From positions 32,347 to 96,346 of the forward strand of contig JBDHUY010000009.1 in assembly GCA_039809385.1 (NCBI GenBank): DNA of 64,000 bases. Reading direction: 5' to 3'. This document shows, one piece after another, positions 30,986 through 41,009 of the stretch; the first letter of the stretch is position 1; each line of letters opens with the position of its first letter. Source of the stretch: Candidatus Altimarinota bacterium (lineage in GTDB: Bacteria; Patescibacteriota; Gracilibacteria; JBDHUY01). A program made the position numbers and the translations under genes. The notes beneath the pieces are model-generated. The model searched no databases. It was not told the origin of the DNA and saw only the letters and a list, made by a program, of their open reading frames with translations.

Positions 30986-32263
30986 TCAATACCGCAACGA
31001 TTCAGCAGGATCCAGACGAGAAGCGTAGTATGCCGGATAGAGCGTGGCAAGGACACCGAGAACAACCGAGAAAAGCAGCGAAAACAGGACCACAAACCAA
31101 GAGGGAACGATTACGTGCTGTTCTATGCCGGCAAAAAAAGGCAGATTAATCAGCAGTAATTTATCAATAAGCACAACGACAAACCAACCAACAATAATAC
31201 CCACAATCCCAGCGAAAAACGAAACCAGCGCGGCCTTGGCACAGACCAAGATACGAATAAAACTCTTGGTGGCGCCAACACTGCGCAGGATACCGATCAG
31301 GCCGGTCTGTTCGGTCACGTCGCTAAAGAAAGTATTAAGGATGCTGACAGCGCTGCTCAGTAAAATAACCAGGCTGATAATTCCAAGAATCAACGACAAC
31401 GCTTTGAGATTATCCCCAATTCCGGCAATCCGTTTCTGCAACGAATCGGCTTGAAAACCCATCTCTTCTATTTTTTTTGAAACGGCTTCCACATCTTCGG
31501 GAGAGTTGGTAACCACTTGTAAGGCAGTGATCTTTCCCCGGCCTTTGTTAAATTCGGTACCCACCCGCTGGACAGTTTCGAGGGGGACAGAAACACCGAA
31601 CAGAGGCACTTTATTCGATAGACCAACAATCTTGGCCTGTACTTCTTTGGTCGTATCACCTTTAAATCCGGTAAAGGAAGAATAACCTAAAAAGAGCGTG
31701 AAGTCTTTATCAAGTAGGAAATTTTCGTCAACCTTGGGAATACCGAGACTGTCGGCAAAACCGGCGTTGTAGAAATCCACCAGATCCCGCGACAGTACCA
31801 CGGGGATATAGTCGTCGGCTTTATCCTGAAACGAGTCGGACCGCCGCAGATCGGAGGCTACCAGCGCCGGAGCTATTCCAAAGACCGGAGCATCCGATTC
31901 GAACGTGTTGCCAAATACCTGCACCCGTAGGGATGTCGGCAGCTGTAATACGACGTTGGGGTAGACTGCCGTAACCGCGGGAATCGCCGCCAATTCGCTC
32001 GCAGTGTCGTAGGTAATCTCACGCTTTTCTTCTTTATTCACCAACAACAGCCCGGTACGATAGGTCGGTTTCACGACGATTTCGTTTACGCCGATAGCGG
32101 CAACCGCCTTACTGGTGAGCAACTCTTTAGAACCTTCATAGATCGTCAGCAGCACAAACAAGGACGCAATCCCGGTAACAATACTCAACGCTAAAAAGAA
32201 AAAACGACTTTTGCGGTTTTTTAGAAATTGCCAAGCCAGATAAAAAGCAGAAGACATAGGCAA
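30986..32263 (-). CDS. ABC transporter permease, MacB/FtsX family
   Basis: N-terminal TM, periplasmic domain, IGILRSVGAT, YPAYYASRLDPAESLRY. Confidence 0.9.
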   Translation of the reverse strand: MPMSSAFYLAWQFLKNRKSRFFFLALSIVTGIASLFVLLTIYEGSKELLTSKAVAAIGVNEIVVKPTYRTGLLLVNKEEKREITYDTASELAAIPAVTAVYPNVVLQLPTSLRVQVFGNTFESDAPVFGIAPALVASDLRRSDSFQDKADDYIPVVLSRDLVDFYNAGFADSLGIPKVDENFLLDKDFTLFLGYSSFTGFKGDTTKEVQAKIVGLSNKVPLFGVSVPLETVQRVGTEFNKGRGKITALQVVTNSPEDVEAVSKKIEEMGFQADSLQKRIAGIGDNLKALSLILGIISLVILLSSAVSILNTFFSDVTEQTGLIGILRSVGATKSFIRILVCAKAALVSFFAGIVGIIVGWFVVVLIDKLLLINLPFFAGIEQHVIVPSWFVVLFSLLFSVVLGVLATLYPAYYASRLDPAESLRY

Positions 32264-32340
32264 ATAAACAGGGAGTATGCTAGCAGGGTAACTGTTTATG
32301 CTTGTTCTTTCAAGCTGGAATCGGGAAATGTTAAAACAAA

Positions 32341-32514
32341 CTCAAATATCAAAACCCAAAACTACTCGAGGTTTTAATCAAATCACTCGCCACTGAGCGG
32401 GTCTTATACGTTACTTGTGTTTACGGATGCTGGACAAGCCAGCATGACTTTTCCTTGTCACTCGCGAGGCAAGATACGTAAAGAGTATCAGGCTAGTACG
32501 TTTTGATATTTGAG
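32341..32514. repeat. Element bounded by a 15-bp perfect inverted repeat with heptameric texture
   Basis: ctcaaatatcaaaac (32341-32355) and gttttgatatttgag (32500-32514). Confidence 0.65.
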
Positions 32515-32596
32515 ATTTGAAAAAGAGATCGCTGGAAAAGAAAGAGCAGAATCTATAAAAAGTTTCGTCTCTCCTGCACAAGGAGTATATTCTTTT

Positions 32597-32626
32597 TGTA
32601 ACCAAACCAAAAGATCCGAGATATAG
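32597..32626 (+). promoter_or_regulatory. Possible ECF-type autoregulatory promoter
   Basis: TGTAACC...CGAGATATAG about 70-100 nt upstream of the ECF gene; resembles the ECF AAC/CGT-type consensus. Confidence 0.35.
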
Positions 32627-32694
32627 TACATGTGAGCAACTAAAAAAATAGACATAAAAAAAGTCAAAAATTATCTTTCCTACTTATCTCTGCT

Positions 32695-33285
32695 ATGCAC
32701 GCAAGCGACAAACTGGAACCGGCCCGGGAACAAGAATGGGTAAAAAAAGCCCAAGCCGACGCGTCTGATTTTACACCTTTGTACGAACACTACGTCCCGA
32801 AGATCTATCGCTACTTACGTTTTAAGACCAATAACGATTCGCTGGCAGAAGACCTGACCGCCCAAACATTTTGCGAAGCGCTCGAAAATATCGGAAAATT
32901 TCGCTGGCAAGGGACATCGTTTGGCGCATGGCTCTACCGTATCGCCCATAATCTGCTGGTCGACCACGTACGGGCGCATAACCGCCGGGAACCTCTGAAC
33001 GAGAACGAAGACTACGATGCAAACCAAGATATCGAAAGCGAAGTAAACGAACAATGGTCTTTGGAAAAAGTATACGAAGCGCTGCGCACGCTGCCCGAAA
33101 TTGCGCAACAGGTAGTCAGCTTGCGTGTGATGGAAGATTTATCACACCGGGAGATTGCGGTCATTGTCGGGAAGACCGAAACAAACGTGAAAGTCATCTA
33201 TTCTCGAGCGATTGCCCAACTGAAAGCACGCATCGTTTTTGTGCTGGCCATTGCCGTAATGTATATAACGTTGAACAAGTGGTAA
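32695..33285 (+). CDS. RNA polymerase ECF sigma-70 factor
   Basis: FTPLYEHY, AEDLTAQTF, FGAWLYRIAHNLLVD, LSHREIA, VKVIYSRA. Confidence 0.93.
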   Translation: MHASDKLEPAREQEWVKKAQADASDFTPLYEHYVPKIYRYLRFKTNNDSLAEDLTAQTFCEALENIGKFRWQGTSFGAWLYRIAHNLLVDHVRAHNRREPLNENEDYDANQDIESEVNEQWSLEKVYEALRTLPEIAQQVVSLRVMEDLSHREIAVIVGKTETNVKVIYSRAIAQLKARIVFVLAIAVMYITLNKW

Positions 33286-33391
33286 GCATGGGCACTAGAC
33301 CGAGTCTTCGTGCACCAAAAGCACGTCGGGAAGAACGATGGAACCCGAAAGCTTCACGTGTAGAGGAAGACAACTTGAAAAAAGCGATTAC

Positions 33392-33429
33392 GGGATTCTT
33401 CGTCCCGCCGGGGCGGGACTCAGAATGAC
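33392..33429 (-). repeat. GTCATTCTGAG-type palindromic repeat
   Basis: gggattcttcgtcccgccggggcgggactcagaatgac, between the ECF and A2M genes. Confidence 0.75.
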
Positions 33430-33466
33430 TACACCCTACTCCTAACTCCTAACTTCTCCTCCCATC

Positions 33467-36400
33467 ATGTCGATCAATAAGAAAAACCTGAAACACGACC
33501 TGGAACTGATTACGCAAAAACTACTCGCCGGCGAAGCGATTGACGATACGGACGAAGAAACCCTCAAAGTTCTATCGGCATTGATCCGGAAATCACCCCA
33601 GCATCAGTTATCCCGGGAAGCCAAGCAACATTTGGACAAGATTATTGCCGAGAAGATCCGACAGATGCAGGCAGGAAAAAAGAAAACAGCGCCGAATTCG
33701 CGTTTACCGCTCATAGCTTGGATGCTGAGTCATAAGAGACTGTTGACCGGACTGGCTTCGGGCATGGCCATCGCGGTTATAGGGGTCTTCTCATTTTTTC
33801 TGATGGTCGCGGCCCCCCTTGTCATCGGAAGTAATGTTGATGCCGTTACTAAAAGTATCGCCTACAATGCCCCAATAAAAATTACGTTTAACGCGGCAAT
33901 GAACCGCGAAAAAACGCAACGCTCTTTTCACACCGAGCCGCGTCTCAACGGGAATTTTGCCTGGGATGGAAATACGATGATCTTTACACCGGCCGAAAAA
34001 TTCCAGATCGGTACTCGATATACTATAAAAATTGATGAAAATGCCGAGACCGTCTTTGGCAAGCATCTTGAAAAACCTTATACGCTGAATGTCCTGATCA
34101 AAGGACCGCCCGAAGTTACGTTCAGCGCCCCCCAAGACATCGTGGTCGGACAAGATGCACGCATAGTAATGATGTTTAATCAACCTATGATCTCGCTCAA
34201 AAACATCGATCAAAATTCAGCCGACAATATTCACTTGGAAATAATGCCTAGGACCGAAGGAACTATTCGCTGGATCGATACCGCTTCATTCGAATTTGTG
34301 CCCAAAAACGGTCTGATGCTTTCGACCAACTATACCATTCAGATAAAGCAAGGCAGCCAGAGTGCCGACGGCGGTAGCACTGAACAGGATTATATGTTCG
34401 GCTTTTCGACTATCTCGCCTAAAGTTGTTTCCCTCTCTCCGGCCAGCGGCTATAATCTGGCCGGCCCGTCCACCAAGCTGGCCATTACGTTTAATCAGCC
34501 GGTAGATCTGGCCTCGCTCAAAGAAAACTTTCAGTCAAAACCCGATATAGCACCACAATTCCAATATGATGCCAAAGACCGCAATACGGTACAAATAACC
34601 ACAGGCAGACCGCTGGAACTGGCTAAGACGTACGAAATGATCATCGGCAAGAATCTGCGAGGAGCAGAAGGCAATTTTAGTCTGGGAGAAGATACGAAAT
34701 GGAGTATCGTCACAGTCGGAGCGCCGAAGCTGGTACTTAGCGATCCGGCCAACCAAAGTACGAACGCTTCGGAGACCGGCATAACGCTGACTTTTAGCAA
34801 CCCGATCGACTACAAAAGTTTCGATGGGAAATACACGATCACGCCTCAGGCGAAGATCGAACTGAGCGAGCCGTATTTTTATGGTGACGAGAACAATGAG
34901 AACACAGTGCTCAATTTTGCCGCCGAACTGATGTACGATACTCAATATACTCTGACGCTGCAGCCGGGCGGAAAAGACATTTTTGGCCAGACGATTGAAC
35001 AACCGATTACCGTAAAATTCAAAACAAAAGACCGCGATCCATTCTTCGATATTGCCAAAAAAGATGTCTACAACCTTTTCAGCGCTTACCAGAAACCGGT
35101 CTACCCGATCAAAACGATCAATATCGCCAGACTCGATGCGTTCTTCTGTCGCATGGACCAGGCCACTTTTTTGAAACGTACCCAGAGCGACGAATCGGTC
35201 AACCCGACCGAATGTATCGAACGCAAAAACTGGTCGGTGGACACGGCGGGAGACAAAAACAAAACCGTGACCAAGTTTGTCGACTTCGAAAGCATCTTGG
35301 GCAAGCGTCTGGAACCGGGTATTTACTATTTTTCACTCTCCTCGGACAAACCGTTCAACGACTGGGAAAAACGCAAATACGTGACGTTTTTTGTTTCAAA
35401 AACGGCGCTGACCATGAAGGCTGACGATGACAAAGTGCTGGTGTGGGCGACCGACCTCGCCACTGGACAACCGGTCGCAGACATGACAATCGAGATTCAT
35501 GAAACACCGACCTACAGCCCGGATGAAACGGCCATAAAACAGATTTTACGCAGCGGAAAAACTGACAAAAACGGCCTTTTCGAAGGCAAACTCCAGTCCA
35601 AAGGCAGTCTGTTTATTATCGGCAAAAAAGGAGACGACATAGCTCTCTTGTCGCGCTGGTGGAATCAGGGTATCGCAGCATACGATTTCGGTTTCACTCC
35701 GGACTATAACGAAGGCGCCTATTTTTCCTACCTCTATACGGAACGGCCGATCTACCGCCCCGAACAGAAAGTCTACTTCAAAGGGATCGTACGGGTGGAC
35801 AACGATGCCAAATTCGAACTGCCCGATATAAAAGAAGCAAAAGTAGAGATCGTGGATGCAGTTGGCACCAAAGTATACGAGCAAAAAATGCCCCTGAGCA
35901 AAACCGGCACGTTCAACGGCGAGTTTACTTTGGACAAGAGCGCAGCTACCGGCCAGTACCAAATCAATATGGTGCTGGGTGAACGCTATTTCTCGACCGA
36001 GTTCTTTGTGGAAGAATACCGCAAACCCGAATTCAGCGTTTCGATTGCTACAGACAAAGATCAATACAGTGATGGCGATACGTTGACCGCAACGCTTAAA
36101 GGCGCCTATTATTTTGGCGGAGCACTCAAAAATAAAAACGTTACTTGGACGCTTTCCGGTTCTGATGCCTATATCCCGGAATACGAAGGCGAATGGTACA
36201 GTTTTGCGGATAACGACGGGTTCTGGTATTGCTTCGACGGCTGTAATGCCTCGCAGTCACAGATAACGTCCCAAACCGGCACGCTCAACGAACAAGGAGA
36301 ACTCAAGATTTCGATACCATTGAGCCTGAAAGATAAAAAAATCAACCAGCTCTACACACTGGAAGCCACGATCGAGGACGACTCGCACCAGACAGTGTCA

Positions 36401-39400
36401 AACCGCAACAGTTTTGTGGTGAATCAGGGCAGCTACAATCTGGGTATCCGCGCCGACGGCTACGCGTTTAGCAAAGGCGAAAAGGGAACTTTCAAGACCA
36501 TACTGCTCGATCTGGAACGAAAGCCGGTCGCGAACCGCAAATTTACGGCAAGCCTGTTTGAACGTACATGGAAGCAGGTCGAAAAGAAAAACATCGACGG
36601 AGAATTCTATAAAGAATTTGAGCCCCAAGATACGCTGATAAAAACCCAAGAAATAACCAGCGACGCCGACGGATCATCTTCGTTCAAGTTCGATTTCGCC
36701 ACAGGAGGAGAAATGGTTGTAAGGGTCCAAATACAGGACGACAAGGGTCGCAAAAACATCGCGTCGACCAGTGTATATGTTTCCGACGATAACTTTATCT
36801 CATGGTTTAGCGGCAATGACTCGCGTATCAATTTGATTCCGGATAAGCAAGAATATGCCGTAGGGGAACGAGCCAAAGTTCTGATCCGGGCACCTTTTGA
36901 GAATTCCAAAGCGCTCATAACCTATGAACGCCGCGGCATCTTACATTCGGAAATCATGGATATCCCCGGAACCTCCCAGCTGCTTGAAATACCGATCACC
37001 GAAAATTTCGCGCCCAATATGTACGTTTCGGCGGTATTGGTAAAAGGCGGCGGCGAAAGCCGCGCTATGCTCTCGACCGAATTGGAAATAAAAAACAAGC
37101 AACTGAACACTCCCGATTTGGCACCGGAGACAACTACCTCTTTATCGCAGGAGATTGCGAACGTAAAACAACGTCTGAAAGAGGCAAAAGATACCGCCGG
37201 CAAACCCGAGTTTCGGGTCGGCTATGCACTCCTGCGGGTACCGCCCGTCTCGCACGAGATGAAAGTCGTCCTTACACCCGACAAAGACCGCTATAAGCCG
37301 GGAGAAACTGTTACTCTTACGGTAAAAACTACCAACAACGATGCCAAGCCGGTTGCAGCCGAGGTATCCGTGGCGGTGGTTGACCAGGCCGTGTTGGCTC
37401 TGAAAACCAGGGAACAAGATATCCTAAATGCTTTTTATGGAAAAAAGGACCTGGGCGTAGATACCTCCTCCTCGCTGGCCATATTTACCGATACGGTAGA
37501 TGTCAAAAGTCGATCGAAAGGAGGGGGAGGCGGAGAATTGCCGCCAAATATTCGCGGGAACTTTAAAGATACCGCCTATTTTCAGGCCAGCGTCACAACC
37601 GACGCTAGAAGCGGAGAAGGCAAAATAACGTTTACACTACCGGACAATCTTACCACCTGGAAAGCTACGGGAGTTGCCGTAAACGATCAGACCATGGTAG
37701 GCGTCGGCAATGTCGAATTTCTATCGAGTAAAGATCTGTTGATCCGTCCGGTGCTGCCCCGTTTCGTGAGACTTCAGGACGAAGTCAATGTGGAAGCGAT
37801 TGTGCATAACGGCCAAAAGAATGCCGATACCGTTTTGACTCGTTTGGATATCGTCGAAGGGGATGTTGAGCTCGTCGGCGCAGCCACACAGAGCAAAGAT
37901 ATCGCGTCCGACGGCGACGAGAAAATGACTTGGAAATTACGGGTCAAAAACGGCACGCACCTGGTTTTGCAATTTACAGCGTCCGGCAAAGGACAGGAAG
38001 ACGGTGTCCGCGTAACCTTGCCAATCCTGGGGTATGCTACGCCCGAAGTCGTGGCAACCTCCGGCGAAGTAACCGATCCGCGCAGTGAGGTTATCGAATT
38101 TGGCAATCAGGTAGTCCCCTCGCTGGGCCAGGTATCAGTGACCGTCTATGCATCGCTGTTGACCAATCTGCACCAAGGTCTCGAAGCGCTGATACGTTAT
38201 CCGTATGGTTGTGCCGAACAGACTATGAGCGCACTGCTGGGAACGATCAGCGTCAAAAACATCTTCGCGAATTTACAAAAACCACTGCCCCGCTTACCGA
38301 TCGAAAAAGGAACAATTTTCGAAAACGAGAAACTGATAGCCGAAACCGATCCGCAAAAACAAGTGGACGGGATGCTTCAGATAGGCCTGCAAAAGATCTA
38401 TTCGTTCCAGCGCGCCGACGGCGGTTTCGGGTACTGGCAGGACAGCCGCGATTCTAACGCACACCTAAGCGCCTATCTGTTACTGGGTTTCAGCGAAATC
38501 GAAAAGAGCGGATACCAAATCGATCCTTCGGCACGCGACCGCGGTCTCGATTTCCTGCGTAATTACGTTCGTAATTATTCAATTCTGGCGACCACGTTGA
38601 AAGACGGACAGTATGTGGAAACCGATCAAGTCGACCGTTTCAAAGCTAACGAACGCGCCATTCTTCTCTATGTGCTCTCGCGTTACCAGCAGGGAGATCT
38701 GGGACTGAGTAACAATTTATATGAGAAACGTGACAGCTTGAATCTCTACGCGAAGGGGTACCTGCTGGACACACTGAGAGAGCTGAAACAGACCGATAAG
38801 GTAACCACATTGAAAAACGAACTGCTGGCCAATTTGGTAGAAGACGTCGCCGCCCGTACCGCGCATTTCGAAGAAAAAAATCCGGATAGCTACGGTATGA
38901 ATACGGACACGCGCACCACCGCAATCATCCTGCGTGGGCTGCTGGCAACCGATCCGGACAATCCGACCGTTCCCAAAATCGTACGCTATCTGGCACGGCA
39001 GAAAAATTATTTTAGAGACATCAATACCCAGGAGATCAGTTATACGCTCTTCGCGTTGAACGACTATCTCAAATTGCGGCAGGAAAACAGCAACACCAGT
39101 GTCGGTGCCAAAGTCAGTCGTAATGGAGAAACGGTGATGAACGAAATCTTAAACGAAACAAATCCGCAAAAAACCGTAACGTTGCCGGTATCCGAATTTG
39201 TCGACCATTCGAATGAAATCGTCTTTGAAAACAGCGGATCAAAGGGCAGTTATTTCTACGATATCGTAGCGCGTTATTTTATTCCGCTCGCAGAGATCGA
39301 GCCGCGCAGCAACGGGTTTAGCATCAAACGTGAGTATTTCACCTTTTCCGACGACAAGATGACCAAGCCGGTACAGAGCGCACGGGTAGGTGACACGCTG

Positions 39401-39772
39401 CGAGGGAAATTGACAATTGTAGTACCTAAAGCTCGTAATAACGTCGTGATTGAAGCGCACTTGCCGGCCGGTCTGGAAGCGGTGAACTTTCATCTGGATA
39501 CGGCACAGCAAAGTACCAACCCGCAAGATCGGCAGCTCTACGGAGACCGCTACTGGGAATCGGGGTTGTGGCACTTTAACCATATCGAAATCCGCGATGA
39601 TCGTATCGCCCTGTTTGCCGATCAGCTGCCGGCGGGCGTCTACGAATATACGTATGTGGTTCAGGGAACTTCGTCCGGTATCTTTGCCAATCCGCCGACG
39701 TTGGGCTATGAGATGTATTTCCCGGAAATTTTCGGGAGAAGCCGGGGGGAATTGTTTACGGTAACGGAATAA
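33467..39772 (+). CDS. Membrane-anchored alpha-2-macroglobulin family protein with Big_5-like Ig repeats
   Basis: YTERPIYRP, VEEYRKPEF, LPDNLTTW, LPRF, thioester YPYGCAEQ (CAEQ at 38210-38221), FQRADGGFGYW, EMYFPEIFGRS. N-terminal cytoplasmic domain, one TM and four Ig-like repeats (ITFN motifs). Confidence 0.93.
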   Translation: MSINKKNLKHDLELITQKLLAGEAIDDTDEETLKVLSALIRKSPQHQLSREAKQHLDKIIAEKIRQMQAGKKKTAPNSRLPLIAWMLSHKRLLTGLASGMAIAVIGVFSFFLMVAAPLVIGSNVDAVTKSIAYNAPIKITFNAAMNREKTQRSFHTEPRLNGNFAWDGNTMIFTPAEKFQIGTRYTIKIDENAETVFGKHLEKPYTLNVLIKGPPEVTFSAPQDIVVGQDARIVMMFNQPMISLKNIDQNSADNIHLEIMPRTEGTIRWIDTASFEFVPKNGLMLSTNYTIQIKQGSQSADGGSTEQDYMFGFSTISPKVVSLSPASGYNLAGPSTKLAITFNQPVDLASLKENFQSKPDIAPQFQYDAKDRNTVQITTGRPLELAKTYEMIIGKNLRGAEGNFSLGEDTKWSIVTVGAPKLVLSDPANQSTNASETGITLTFSNPIDYKSFDGKYTITPQAKIELSEPYFYGDENNENTVLNFAAELMYDTQYTLTLQPGGKDIFGQTIEQPITVKFKTKDRDPFFDIAKKDVYNLFSAYQKPVYPIKTINIARLDAFFCRMDQATFLKRTQSDESVNPTECIERKNWSVDTAGDKNKTVTKFVDFESILGKRLEPGIYYFSLSSDKPFNDWEKRKYVTFFVSKTALTMKADDDKVLVWATDLATGQPVADMTIEIHETPTYSPDETAIKQILRSGKTDKNGLFEGKLQSKGSLFIIGKKGDDIALLSRWWNQGIAAYDFGFTPDYNEGAYFSYLYTERPIYRPEQKVYFKGIVRVDNDAKFELPDIKEAKVEIVDAVGTKVYEQKMPLSKTGTFNGEFTLDKSAATGQYQINMVLGERYFSTEFFVEEYRKPEFSVSIATDKDQYSDGDTLTATLKGAYYFGGALKNKNVTWTLSGSDAYIPEYEGEWYSFADNDGFWYCFDGCNASQSQITSQTGTLNEQGELKISIPLSLKDKKINQLYTLEATIEDDSHQTVSNRNSFVVNQGSYNLGIRADGYAFSKGEKGTFKTILLDLERKPVANRKFTASLFERTWKQVEKKNIDGEFYKEFEPQDTLIKTQEITSDADGSSSFKFDFATGGEMVVRVQIQDDKGRKNIASTSVYVSDDNFISWFSGNDSRINLIPDKQEYAVGERAKVLIRAPFENSKALITYERRGILHSEIMDIPGTSQLLEIPITENFAPNMYVSAVLVKGGGESRAMLSTELEIKNKQLNTPDLAPETTTSLSQEIANVKQRLKEAKDTAGKPEFRVGYALLRVPPVSHEMKVVLTPDKDRYKPGETVTLTVKTTNNDAKPVAAEVSVAVVDQAVLALKTREQDILNAFYGKKDLGVDTSSSLAIFTDTVDVKSRSKGGGGGELPPNIRGNFKDTAYFQASVTTDARSGEGKITFTLPDNLTTWKATGVAVNDQTMVGVGNVEFLSSKDLLIRPVLPRFVRLQDEVNVEAIVHNGQKNADTVLTRLDIVEGDVELVGAATQSKDIASDGDEKMTWKLRVKNGTHLVLQFTASGKGQEDGVRVTLPILGYATPEVVATSGEVTDPRSEVIEFGNQVVPSLGQVSVTVYASLLTNLHQGLEALIRYPYGCAEQTMSALLGTISVKNIFANLQKPLPRLPIEKGTIFENEKLIAETDPQKQVDGMLQIGLQKIYSFQRADGGFGYWQDSRDSNAHLSAYLLLGFSEIEKSGYQIDPSARDRGLDFLRNYVRNYSILATTLKDGQYVETDQVDRFKANERAILLYVLSRYQQGDLGLSNNLYEKRDSLNLYAKGYLLDTLRELKQTDKVTTLKNELLANLVEDVAARTAHFEEKNPDSYGMNTDTRTTAIILRGLLATDPDNPTVPKIVRYLARQKNYFRDINTQEISYTLFALNDYLKLRQENSNTSVGAKVSRNGETVMNEILNETNPQKTVTLPVSEFVDHSNEIVFENSGSKGSYFYDIVARYFIPLAEIEPRSNGFSIKREYFTFSDDKMTKPVQSARVGDTLRGKLTIVVPKARNNVVIEAHLPAGLEAVNFHLDTAQQSTNPQDRQLYGDRYWESGLWHFNHIEIRDDRIALFADQLPAGVYEYTYVVQGTSSGIFANPPTLGYEMYFPEIFGRSRGELFTVTE

Positions 39773-39821
39773 ACTATGCTATAATGATTCGATGTTATGT
39801 CACATAATCGCGAACTACTTT

Positions 39822-40895
39822 ATGAAAAAAATGCCCCACCAAGCTCCGGTTGAATTTTCATCTATGGAAAACGTAGACTTGAAAGACCCTTACGCACGGC
39901 TGATCGAAACGGTATTTGGCAACAATTCTCATGTTGAAGATTTTATGCTTCATGAGATCAGACAATGGTACAACGAGGGTGACAAAGATTCCAAGCGAAC
40001 AAAACTGGCAACATGGATGGCTGGAGTACTGAGTGATGCTGACTATGGAATAATGATGGGGTTACTAGAAACACTGCAATCAGACCAAACACAACAGTGG
40101 GAAACAACGATTCATACTGATAGAATACAGAGTATTCTGAGGCAATTACAATCCCAACAGGCAGTAAAGCGTCTGGTATACAAAACTCCCGAAACGGGCC
40201 CTCAACTGATAGATATAGCTAAAGAAGAAAGAGATATACTAGAAAAGATCGCGAAAAATTCTACTACGTCACCTGAATTTAGAAAACTACTGACAGCTCT
40301 GGCGATTCATATTGATGGAATGTCGAACAGTAAGGACAAGTTTGATATTATTTGCAGAAAAACAAGCAGCGGCTCGTTATCAAAAATGTCGCAGTCTGAA
40401 CGGTATGACATGTTGCTATTACTATGCTGCTGGCCTGATCCGCAGGCAATACGACAATTAGGTGCATCTCAATCGCACATAGAAAGCCTGATTCTACAAT
40501 TGGAAGATACAGGACAACAAGGTCGTGTCAGGGAATATTATGGCATCGCTCCCCACGAACAGGTTAATAATACCAAACGGGATAGAATTTTAGGCGAAGC
40601 TGAAGAAAATCTGCGGGCTCTTCACGATGGCACCTATAAAGAAAAACAATTGAATAAAAAACTAGCCGAGACGAATAAAATAAAAGCAAAAATTTACAAA
40701 TTATTGTTTCGGTCAGAAGGTATTTTAGAAGGTATCGAAACAGGTCTCACTACGTTGGAACAACTTATTAAGGATATAGAAAGGACGGAAGGTGACAACA
40801 ATGAGATGATTCCTTCCGAATTTCTAACGAGATTCGAAGAGCTCATACAACGTATGCAAAATTTGGTAGCTACGAAAAAAGCAAAAGCCGCATAG
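39822..40895 (+). CDS. Hypothetical helical/coiled-coil protein
   Basis: About 358-aa ORF preceded by TGCTATAAT; no recognisable motif. Confidence 0.7.
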   Translation: MKKMPHQAPVEFSSMENVDLKDPYARLIETVFGNNSHVEDFMLHEIRQWYNEGDKDSKRTKLATWMAGVLSDADYGIMMGLLETLQSDQTQQWETTIHTDRIQSILRQLQSQQAVKRLVYKTPETGPQLIDIAKEERDILEKIAKNSTTSPEFRKLLTALAIHIDGMSNSKDKFDIICRKTSSGSLSKMSQSERYDMLLLLCCWPDPQAIRQLGASQSHIESLILQLEDTGQQGRVREYYGIAPHEQVNNTKRDRILGEAEENLRALHDGTYKEKQLNKKLAETNKIKAKIYKLLFRSEGILEGIETGLTTLEQLIKDIERTEGDNNEMIPSEFLTRFEELIQRMQNLVATKKAKAA

Positions 40896-41009
40896 GGCGT
40901 CATTCAGAGCATACGCATACCGAAAAAATTGCTCCCATTGTTTCGGATTTTGCTATATCTTAATGATGACTATTACCGATTTACCGGTACTTGAGAAATT
41001 CATATTGTC

